Shown here in pieces: positions 1-7,452 of a DNA stretch of 11,437 bases (within the stretch, counting starts at the first letter, position 1; each line of letters begins with the position of its first letter). The notes beneath the pieces were generated by a model. That model was not told where the DNA came from, did no database searches, and saw only the letters and a program-made list of their open reading frames with translations. The translations under genes and the position numbers were made by a program. Source of the DNA: Thermoplasmatota archaeon (GTDB taxonomy: Archaea; Thermoplasmatota; Penumbrarchaeia; Penumbrarchaeales; Penumbrarchaeaceae); the NCBI GenBank assembly GCA_965234725.1, contig CBDDUX010000097.1, positions 1 through 11,437 on the forward strand. The letters run 5' to 3'.

Positions 1-10
1 TTGATCTAAA

Positions 11-50
11 GAGCCGTTAGGCTCGAGCATTCCGTAGGAATGCTTTTTTT
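11..50 (+). terminator. Two adjacent hairpins followed by a T-run; likely the 3' end or terminator of a + strand transcript entering from upstream of the window
   Basis: GAGCC-GTTA-GGCTC (11-24), then AGCATTCC-GTA-GGAATGCT (26-44), running into a T tract ending at 50. Confidence 0.6.
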
Positions 51-147
51 GTGATATATTTCACCATGGATCTCAAAAGAAGGAACCTATTCAGGGACAG
101 GAACTTATTGTATCCAAATTCAAATCTTTCAACATTAATCATCAAAA

Positions 148-201
148 TTATGCAGACACTCCAAAATGGAACCATTTCCTATTCATCAGTTCCCAGACCA
201 T
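148..201 (-). pseudogene. Displaced, diverged duplicate of the last 16 codons plus stop of the P-type ATPase gene
   Basis: Minus strand reads (M)VWELMNRKWFHFGVSA*, versus the ATPase C-terminus VWERINRKWFHFGVTA*. 13/16 aa identical and 37/51 nt identical by manual alignment; most differences are synonymous. Confidence 0.85.
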
Positions 202-342
202 CGACCAAAAATAATATCATAGGAATCTCAACCGTTTTTGGTCTGGCCAATGATGTTATATTGATTACAATGTGAACGGATAAACCTCATTCACGCTGTT
301 ACACCGAAGTGAAACCATTTGCGGTTTATCCGTTCCCAGACC
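189..342. repeat. 11-bp direct repeat GTTCCCAGACC (189-199 and 332-342) with internal inverted repeats; att-like scar
   Basis: Exact direct repeat at the point where the duplicated ATPase tail begins. Perfect 13-bp inverted repeat GAACGGATAAACC (274-286) / GGTTTATCCGTTC (323-335). 9-bp inverted repeat GACCAAAAA (203-211) / TTTTTGGTC (235-243). Confidence 0.7.
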
Positions 343-2984
343 TCCACAACGATCAGACCGAAGATACTGACAACAAGGACCCAGGTCCACTCTATCAATC
401 CCAAGGCTTCTGTACCGAAGACTTCCTGAAGGAATGGAACATAGATCACCGGAACCATCAGCAGAACTGCAAGAGCGATCGCTCCCAACAGTTTTTTATT
501 CGAGAACCAACCGATCTCTGCCATTGTGTGTGTTGTAGATCTTGTAGCAATGGCAGTCCACATCTGGAAGAAGATCATGGTTGTCAAAGCCATGGTCCTT
601 GACAGTTCGATGGACTCTTCCAGGTAGTCATGATAGTACCAGAAGACCCCGAGAGTACCAATTGTGATGATTCCAGCACTCACCAGGATCGAGACTATCA
701 TGTCCTTGGTAATGGCGGACTCCTTCGGGTTCCGCGGTTTTCTCTTCATCAGGTCCTTCTCCTTGGGTTCGGTAACAAGGGCCAGTGCAGGGAAGGAATC
801 GGTCACCAGGTTCATCCATAATATCTGCAAGGCAATGAGAGGAAGCTCCCAACCGACAATGATCGCTGCCAGCATAACCATGACCTCCCCCATGTTGCAG
901 GATAGAAGGAACTGTATTACCTTCCTTATGTTATCGTAAATGGATCGTCCTTCTTCAACTGCTGATACAATGGATGCGAAATTGTCATCAGTGATGATCA
1001 TATCCGAGGCTTCTTTCGAAACATCTGTTCCGGTGATCCCCATTGCAACCCCTATATCAGCCGTCTTCAGGGACGGAGCATCGTTCACGCCATCTCCGGT
1101 CATGGCAACGATCTCACCTTGCTTCTTCAGTTCCTTGACAATTCTCACTTTATGTTCCGGAGAGGCCCTTGCGAATACCGAGACCTTTCGGATCGTTCTT
1201 GCGAATTCCTTCACTCCCATCCCGTCCAGGTCCCTGCAGTTGATGGATTGACCGCTCTTTCTGATTATCCCGATCTCCTTTCCTATGGCAGCTGCGGTCA
1301 ACCGGTGATCCCCAGTGATCATGATCGGTCTTATCCCGGCCAGCTTTGCAGTATGGACCGCCTCTTTTGCTTCACCTCTAACCTTATCCCTGATACCGAC
1401 AAGTCCCAGGAACACCATCCTGTCTTCCATTCTTCCCTCTTTCGAAAATGCGAATCCCATGGTCCTGTAACCATTCTTTGCCATGGATTCTGTCAGTGTC
1501 AGAATTTCGTTCATTCTTTCAGGTGTTAGGATATCAACATCATTTCCGTTGTACTCCCTATTACAGATTTTCAGAACTGATTCAGGAGCACCTTTTGTAT
1601 AACCTACCAACTTCCCTTTCACATCGTGAAGAGTGGACATCATTTTTCTTTCGGCATCGAATGGGAGCTCTTTCTCACGAGGATCTTCCTTTCTCCAACC
1701 TGTGAATGAAAATCCAGCCTTTTCAGCCATTACTATGAGGGCTCCCTCGGTGGTATCACCGAGGACCTTCCATCCATCATCATTCACCAGAGAAGCATCC
1801 GAACACAATATTGAAGCTTTGAAAATGTGCTCGAGAGGAACCGGAAAATCATATTGCTCCTTTCCGTTCGAAAGGATCCTTCCCTTGGGTTCGTATCCGG
1901 TCCCTGTGACCTGATAGCTTCTTTCGGAGATGTGGATCATATCAGCGGTCATGGCTCCTGTGGTCAAGGTTCCTGTTTTGTCAGTACATATCACAGTTGC
2001 ACTGCCAAGTGTCTCCACCACGGGGAGCTTCCTGATGATAACGTTCTTACCTGCCATCACCCTCAAACCCACAGCAAGTGCTATGGTAACGACAGCGGGC
2101 AATCCTTCGGGGATCGCAGCTACTGCAAGGGAAACTGCAGTCTCGAACAGTTCTACCGCTATCTCGAAGGAGAGGTTGTCCCACTCCCTCCAGATCTCCA
2201 GACCAAACATCAATACACAAATACCCAGAACAAGAACACCGAGGAACTTTCCCAGCTTCTTCAATCTTTTCTGAAGTGGCGTATCGGTCCTGGGAACCTC
2301 CTGGATCATTCCCGCTATCTTTCCTATCTCCGTATCCATCCCGGTACCTGTAACTACAGCTCGCCCTCTCCCAGTCTCTATGGTAGTGGTCATGTAGGCC
2401 ATGTTTTTTCTTTCTGCAAGTGGAGCTTCTTTTCCCAATTTACCTGTCGATTTCTCTACAGACATAGATTCCCCGGTAAGGGCTGCCTCATTGATCCTCA
2501 GTCCATAAGCCTCGATCAGTCTCACATCGGCGGGTATCCTCATCCCGGATTCAAGGTGAAGAATATCCCCTGGGACAAGGTTTCTCGCATCTACCTCTTT
2601 TCTCTTTCCATTCCTTATAACAGCGGCTTTTGGGGAGGACATCTTCTTGAGCTTCTCTATGGCATCTTCCGCCTTCTCTTCCTGAACGAAGCCAATAATG
2701 GCATTGATCACAACGATCGCAGCGATCACTATCCAATCGATGGATCTCGGTTCCAGAACGAATGTGATCACAGCTGCGATTAAAAGTACTATGATCAAAA
2801 CATCCGTGAATTGTCTGAGGAACTTGACCCAGACAGGGGTCTTTTTACCTTTTTCAAGTTCATTTGGGCCGAATTTTTCCAATCTTGAAATTGCCTCTTC
2901 ATCTGAAAGACCCTCGGGAGATACCATAAGCCCCTCCATCAAATCCTCTTTGTGAAGTTGGTAGGCATCTCCCTGTTTCATCAT
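291..2984 (-). CDS. Cation-transporting P-type ATPase, type IIA (Ca2+-ATPase-like)
   Basis: TGES actuator motif, AIPEGLP (M4), DKTGTLT phosphorylation site, KGAPE, MITGD, GDGVNDAP hinge, SCNMGE (M5), LWMNLVTD (M6). The ORF track starts at TTG 2993. In-frame ATGs at 2990, 2984 and 2981; a TTTTTAAC TATA-like box about 25 nt upstream favours 2984 or 2981. Confidence 0.96.
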   Translation of the reverse strand: MMKQGDAYQLHKEDLMEGLMVSPEGLSDEEAISRLEKFGPNELEKGKKTPVWVKFLRQFTDVLIIVLLIAAVITFVLEPRSIDWIVIAAIVVINAIIGFVQEEKAEDAIEKLKKMSSPKAAVIRNGKRKEVDARNLVPGDILHLESGMRIPADVRLIEAYGLRINEAALTGESMSVEKSTGKLGKEAPLAERKNMAYMTTTIETGRGRAVVTGTGMDTEIGKIAGMIQEVPRTDTPLQKRLKKLGKFLGVLVLGICVLMFGLEIWREWDNLSFEIAVELFETAVSLAVAAIPEGLPAVVTIALAVGLRVMAGKNVIIRKLPVVETLGSATVICTDKTGTLTTGAMTADMIHISERSYQVTGTGYEPKGRILSNGKEQYDFPVPLEHIFKASILCSDASLVNDDGWKVLGDTTEGALIVMAEKAGFSFTGWRKEDPREKELPFDAERKMMSTLHDVKGKLVGYTKGAPESVLKICNREYNGNDVDILTPERMNEILTLTESMAKNGYRTMGFAFSKEGRMEDRMVFLGLVGIRDKVRGEAKEAVHTAKLAGIRPIMITGDHRLTAAAIGKEIGIIRKSGQSINCRDLDGMGVKEFARTIRKVSVFARASPEHKVRIVKELKKQGEIVAMTGDGVNDAPSLKTADIGVAMGITGTDVSKEASDMIITDDNFASIVSAVEEGRSIYDNIRKVIQFLLSCNMGEVMVMLAAIIVGWELPLIALQILWMNLVTDSFPALALVTEPKEKDLMKRKPRNPKESAITKDMIVSILVSAGIITIGTLGVFWYYHDYLEESIELSRTMALTTMIFFQMWTAIATRSTTHTMAEIGWFSNKKLLGAIALAVLLMVPVIYVPFLQEVFGTEALGLIEWTWVLVVSIFGLIVVEVWERINRKWFHFGVTA

Positions 2985-3166
2985 GACCATCAACAGACCT
3001 ATTGTTAAAAATCCTTATTATCCTCTATCATAGAAAAAAGTGATACCATCAAATTTTTTATAGAGATACAATAATCAACCGATTGCTTAACCATCCAAAA
3101 TTTAAATATACAAAGACAAAAACCCCCTCAATCTCTTTTTATATGCACCTATCTCTCATATTTAAC

Positions 3167-3335
3167 GGGAGTTGTTCAGCATGGAGTGGTTCGAAGATGA
3201 TTCGGATCACTTTCATACCCCAAACCGGACTCGGACGGACCCCGGCTTGTAGCCATAATCCCCACATTCCCCACCATAACTACATACCTCCCCTATAGGA
3301 ACCTGATTTTTCCCGTCCGGGTCCACATCTTTTGT
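3167..3335 (+). ncRNA. Candidate structured non-coding RNA of unknown family
   Basis: TATA-like TTTTATAT at 3137-3144. Hairpin 3181-3195 / 3201-3216 and 12-bp helix 3227-3238 / 3313-3324; their non-Watson-Crick pairs are G-U only on the + strand. A T-rich tract follows the second helix. Boundaries are approximate. Confidence 0.4.
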
Positions 3336-3432
3336 TCAGGGTTCTCTCTGCCCATCTTCCAGAACGTAAAATCGAGATATGGTAAGTTCTGGTAAGGACC
3401 CTACACTTCAGATTTTTAAAAAATCAGAGTGA

Positions 3433-4407
3433 TCAAATTAAATGAAATCTCCTCTTTAGGATATTCATAACCTTGAATGTTATCCAAGGAGAGGGTTCTT
3501 TCTTCTGGGAGAAGTCCCATCCCTTCCAGGCTAACCAAATACTCTCAGCTTTGAAAAGACCATTCTCATCAGCTTTGGATTCAATTATGTTTGCCATCTC
3601 AGAGAACCTTTCATCCTTCCTTGCGATATCGAACCTTGAAAGGACATTAGTGACATGAAGAATGTCATACCAGATCATAGGAGCCTTCAGTTTTTTAAAA
3701 TCGGTTCCCATAGCAAAGAGGAAAGGTTTTCTCTTTTCTCTCTCGGTCCAGAGGTCCAAGATGGTATTCACACCTATTTTCGCTTCCCTTCCATCTCTGA
3801 GGTCCGGATATTCCGAGATAAGCTTTAACATGATCAGGGTCGAGTACGGACATTCAAGCTTTCTCCCCCCTGGTCCTCTAAATTTTCCAAGGTTCCTGGA
3901 AACATGGCATCCCCATCCGTTCTCGTCTACCAGAGAGATCAGATGATCACGAGCTTTCATCACCCTTTCATCTTTTGAATATCCCAACCTTGCCAGTGAA
4001 CAGACTATAGTTGGAGCATCACAGAGGAACCATGCCTTCTCATCATTTCCGGATCCTCCAAACCTCTCATACAGGTGAGTAAGTATTCGAAAAGGACCTT
4101 CTTCATCCTGATCACACATGATCTTCTCCACTATCTCCTCAATTCCCGGGTCTTGTCTATTCAATCCGATTTCTGACAGGAAACAAAGCTTGTGTATCAA
4201 CAGCGAAGCATCATTATGCCTCTTCAAAACAGGGCCTGGCCAGGCAGCACATTCCTCTATCAATGAATGTACTCTCGTATCATTCAACATCTCTTTTCTG
4301 GCAGATTTGACAGATATATCGTATAGAGGTATTCCCATCAGATGAATGTAAGTGTTATATCTGACATAAGCAGGTCCCCTCAATAAGAATTCAATAGCTT
4401 CTTCCAT
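3433..4407 (-). CDS. Conserved hypothetical protein, probable prenyltransferase/squalene-cyclase-like alpha/alpha toroid fold
   Basis: 324-aa ORF with ATG start and an AT-rich TATA-like region upstream. QW-repeat-like segments (DQDEEGPF, DENGWGC, KADENGLF), P-x-x-WYDIL and a C-terminal PSPWIT motif resemble a widespread family I recall; function unknown. Confidence 0.7.
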   Translation of the reverse strand: MEEAIEFLLRGPAYVRYNTYIHLMGIPLYDISVKSARKEMLNDTRVHSLIEECAAWPGPVLKRHNDASLLIHKLCFLSEIGLNRQDPGIEEIVEKIMCDQDEEGPFRILTHLYERFGGSGNDEKAWFLCDAPTIVCSLARLGYSKDERVMKARDHLISLVDENGWGCHVSRNLGKFRGPGGRKLECPYSTLIMLKLISEYPDLRDGREAKIGVNTILDLWTEREKRKPFLFAMGTDFKKLKAPMIWYDILHVTNVLSRFDIARKDERFSEMANIIESKADENGLFKAESIWLAWKGWDFSQKKEPSPWITFKVMNILKRRFHLI

Positions 4408-4480
4408 TCTGATCCCGTAATAGTATATTTTTATGAATATTTATACTGGATATCGAGGGAGGGTGTTGTAAAAGTGGAGA

Positions 4481-5740
4481 TCAATCGGTCCTTGGTGTCC
4501 CGTAATAAATTATCTCCTCTCCCATTCTGACATTCTCAACATCTCTTAGAGTGAATCCCAATGAGTAGTGCTTGGTCCCTCTTCCACCGGAGATCACAGG
4601 AACAAGGGCGTTGATCACTGTATCTACCATGACATTGCTCATAAGAAGGTTGGAGATCCCATCCTTTCCATCCACCATTATAGATGATATACCCATTCTA
4701 TCCAGTGCCTCGTAAAAGGCTCCGATATCCAGATCTCCTTCGTTATCCAATATTGTAAAATGCGGAATGGACCTCTCTTCAATCTCTTTCAAAGTATCGT
4801 TATCCACAGGACCATGAAGTACAGCCAGAACCGGCCCACCATCTCCCAGAAGTGGGTGATCCGTTCGTATTCGAAGATCAGGGTCATAAACGAGTACCTT
4901 TCCTTCGGTCTCTCTCACCTGAAGGGCAAGGTCCAGGTCATCGTTTGTAACCAGTAGAGCATCATGTTCTTTCATCAGCTTCATCCTCAGGACCTTGTAA
5001 AGGGCAGGACCTTTTCCAGGTAATGATGGTTCATAAGTGAGCTGACCGTCCAATCCGGATATATTGAAAACGCTAATGTAAGGGGTGCCCAACTTCTCAC
5101 TCCTCTTCTTTAAAATGTATCTCCTCACATCATCCATCTCAGGCTGGAACGGGAAGAGCTGGGTGGAACCAAGTTCATGCCCCATCCTGTCTATCTTGGT
5201 CTTGAGATATTTCAGGTTCTCTATATTGACATCCGGCTCCAGTGTGACCCTTGAGGCAACATCAATACCTAGACTCTTCAGTTTGTTCTCCTTGTCAGGA
5301 TTGTTTGAGAGCAGTCTTATTGACAGAACGCCAAGGTCTCTGAGTACCTCAGCTGCTACGTGGTAATCCCTTTCTTCTGCTTTATGTCCCAGATACAGGT
5401 TCGCATCTACGGTATCCAGGCCGGCATCCTGCAGATTGTATGTCTTCAATTTCTCAGCCAGATCTATCCCTCTCCCCTCCTGCCTGAGGTATATCAGGAT
5501 CCCTTCTTCCTGTTCTTCGAGGATCCTCATTGCATGATGAAGCTGGGGACCGCAGTCACATCTGAGGGAACCGAATAGATCTCCTGTAAGGCATTCGGAA
5601 TGGACCCTTGTCATCACATTCTCCTTGTTTCTAACTGAACCCTTGACCAGGGCCACATGTTCTCTTCCCTCTTCATCCTTGAACAGATGTATCCTGAAGC
5701 TCCCATCCTTTGTGGGAAGTCTGGTCGCTACTTCATGCAT
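4481..5740 (-). CDS. ribA: GTP cyclohydrolase II fused to a C-terminal RibD-reductase-like (RibD_C) domain
   Basis: RLPT, EHVAL, RVHSECLTGD, SLRCDCGPQL (three Zn cysteines), YLRQEGRGI, DTVDAN, RDY, NNPDK and YLKTK..RMGH motifs. The C-terminal ~200 aa has GLDGQ, HDALLV, ISSIMVDG and PVISGG segments that map onto RibD_C. The start is more likely ATG 5740 than TTG 5839 because recognisable homology starts there. Confidence 0.93.
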   Translation of the reverse strand: MHEVATRLPTKDGSFRIHLFKDEEGREHVALVKGSVRNKENVMTRVHSECLTGDLFGSLRCDCGPQLHHAMRILEEQEEGILIYLRQEGRGIDLAEKLKTYNLQDAGLDTVDANLYLGHKAEERDYHVAAEVLRDLGVLSIRLLSNNPDKENKLKSLGIDVASRVTLEPDVNIENLKYLKTKIDRMGHELGSTQLFPFQPEMDDVRRYILKKRSEKLGTPYISVFNISGLDGQLTYEPSLPGKGPALYKVLRMKLMKEHDALLVTNDDLDLALQVRETEGKVLVYDPDLRIRTDHPLLGDGGPVLAVLHGPVDNDTLKEIEERSIPHFTILDNEGDLDIGAFYEALDRMGISSIMVDGKDGISNLLMSNVMVDTVINALVPVISGGRGTKHYSLGFTLRDVENVRMGEEIIYYGTPRTD

Positions 5741-6037
5741 CACCTGTTCGTGATGATAATGGCCATGATCGAGACCGATTATGGTCTCTTTTTTTATTGC
5801 ACTAAAGAGCATTGTATCAATAGGTGTCAAGTTAAACAACCTCCCTCATACGGGTCAGAATCGAAGGATAGAACAGTTCTTGATCCCTTCGACCCTTCTT
5901 ATTCTCTCGATAGAGTCAATTAGGTCCAGGAAACGTATATAAGGTTCCCCTGAAGGTTTAGCCACCGGGATTTAAACGATAGTCTTTAATTCAAATAGCT
6001 CTTAGGTATTTTAGATTAAATATCATCCAAGAAGTAA

Positions 6038-6111
6038 GGACCCATAGGGTAGCCTGGATATCCTGCTGGCCTTCGGAGCCGGTGACGAGGGTTCGAATCC
6101 CCCTGGGTCCG
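6038..6111 (+). tRNA. tRNA-Arg (anticodon TCG), no intron, CCA not fully encoded
   Basis: Acceptor stem GGACCCA/TGGGTCC, D-arm GGGTAGCCTGGATATCCT, anticodon stem CTGGC/GCCGG with loop CT-TCG-GA (anticodon 6073-6075), T-loop TTCGAAT, discriminator G6111 followed by CC. Confidence 0.96.
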
Positions 6112-6117
6112 CCTTAT

Positions 6118-6141
6118 TTTTGGTTCGGAACCAAAATATAT
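6118..6141 (+). promoter_or_regulatory. Perfect palindrome abutting the putative integrase TATA box
   Basis: TTTTGGTTC-G-GAACCAAAA (6118-6136) overlaps AAATATAT (6134-6141), about 30 nt before ATG 6169. Confidence 0.55.
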
Positions 6142-6168
6142 TAGTATTTTCGAGTCCATTAACTCATC

Positions 6169-7443
6169 ATGAGGAAGAAAAATAAGTCATTGAACATGCT
6201 CAAAGATCCCAATATCAAACGATGGTATGATAATGTATCCAGAGGAGCATTGACAACTGCGGATGTGTACCTTCGACGGTTAAGCTGGTTCTGCGAACAA
6301 GTAGACATAACACCAAATGAACTGATTCAAAAGAATGAGAAAGAACTAGCAGATATGATGATGGATTTCGTAGCCAGTGAGGAGAAAAGGGGAAAAACAG
6401 GATCGTATATCCATTCGACTCTCAAGGGGTTGAAGAGCTGGTTGTTACACAATGATATTACCATTAAGAAAAAAATAAAGATCAAGGATTATAGGAAGGC
6501 CACCACACTTGTAGATGAACGAATTCCAACAGTTCCTGAACTTCGTAAGATCTTCTTATCCGCCACCCCACGTGACAGGGTATCCTGTGTCCTGTTGGCG
6601 CATTCTGGCTTGAGACCTGAGTCATTGGGCAGCTACAAAGGGGATGACGGTTTGCGGATCAAGGACCTTCCGGAGATGAAGATTGAAAACGGAAATGTCA
6701 CTTTCAGCAAATCACCAACACTTGTCAAAGTAAGATCAGAGTTATCCAAAGCAGGCCATTCATATTTCACGTTCCTCGGCCCGGAAGGGATTGATTATCT
6801 CGTCCAGTATCTTGAGGAGCGGTTGAGATCAGGGGAGGAATTTACTCCTGATACGGATCTGCTAACACCAAAATCTGCTGACAAAAAATTCATTAGAACC
6901 ACAAATATCTCAGATGGGATTAGGAATGCTATCCGATCAGCGGGATACCGGTGGAGACCTTACATCTTGAGAAGTTTTTTCGATAGCCAGATGTTGATAG
7001 CCGAGAGCAAGGGTCGAATGACCCTGGCCTATCGAGAATTTATGATGGGCCATGTCGGGTCCAACATGGAAGCCCGATATACAACCCATAAAGGTGGCCT
7101 CACCGATCAGATGATCGAAGACATGAGAGAAGCTTACCAAAAAAGTATAGTGTATATACAGACAATTGAAACAGAAGACCAGGAGAAAGATACGATTGAG
7201 TTCCGCAAACATATTCTCCGGATGTCAGGAACAGCCCAGGAAGAGATCGACCAGCTCGATGTCTCCAATATGGACGATTCCGATGTGATGGAACACCTCC
7301 GAAAAAAATTGCTTAAAACACTTGAGGAGAACGGGAACCGTCAGAAAGTGATCTCGCTTGGTGATGTCGAGGATTATATCCTCAAGGGTTGGGAATATGT
7401 CAACAATCTCCCGGATGACCGGGCCATCATGAAACTGCCATAA
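6169..7443 (+). CDS. Tyrosine recombinase / site-specific integrase (archaeal tRNA-associated type)
   Basis: N-terminal SAM-like region (TADVYLRRL). Catalytic residues R (HSGLRP), K (LSKAG), YxxR in place of HxxR (PYILRSFF), MGH and Y (ARYT). Adjacent to a tRNA. Confidence 0.93.
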   Translation: MRKKNKSLNMLKDPNIKRWYDNVSRGALTTADVYLRRLSWFCEQVDITPNELIQKNEKELADMMMDFVASEEKRGKTGSYIHSTLKGLKSWLLHNDITIKKKIKIKDYRKATTLVDERIPTVPELRKIFLSATPRDRVSCVLLAHSGLRPESLGSYKGDDGLRIKDLPEMKIENGNVTFSKSPTLVKVRSELSKAGHSYFTFLGPEGIDYLVQYLEERLRSGEEFTPDTDLLTPKSADKKFIRTTNISDGIRNAIRSAGYRWRPYILRSFFDSQMLIAESKGRMTLAYREFMMGHVGSNMEARYTTHKGGLTDQMIEDMREAYQKSIVYIQTIETEDQEKDTIEFRKHILRMSGTAQEEIDQLDVSNMDDSDVMEHLRKKLLKTLEENGNRQKVISLGDVEDYILKGWEYVNNLPDDRAIMKLP

Positions 7444-7452
7444 TCAATGATA

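Noticed and set aside
51..275. 74-aa + strand ORF
   Set aside because: No recognisable motifs; it starts immediately after a terminator-like structure and overlaps the antisense ATPase-tail remnant.
148..342. Diversity-generating retroelement TR/VR pair at the ATPase C-terminus
   Set aside because: Differences between the copies are not adenine-specific, are mostly synonymous third-position changes, and no reverse transcriptase is present in the window.
309..2955. Multiple + strand and alternate-frame ORFs, including the 318-aa ORF at 1827-2783
   Set aside because: They lie fully within the well-supported ATPase gene and have atypical composition; shadow ORFs.
3083..3298. 71-aa + strand ORF and shorter in-region peptides
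   Set aside because: TTG start lies upstream of the apparent TATA box and the sequence is not protein-like. RNA pairing explains the region better, although a short peptide from ATG 3181 or 3198 cannot be excluded.
3167..3345. SRP RNA, RNase P RNA or CRISPR array
   Set aside because: No SRP helix-8 motif, no GAGGAAAGTCC-type RNase P motif, and no regularly spaced 25-40 bp repeats.
5741..5839. N-terminal His-rich extension of RibA (HGHYHHE) from TTG 5839
   Set aside because: RibA homology begins at about 5740, the GGAGG is directly adjacent to the TTG (too close), and the extension crosses a hairpin/A-run; probably untranslated.
5760..5940. FMN (RFN) riboswitch upstream of ribA
   Set aside because: The conserved RFN sequence blocks are not present on the minus strand.
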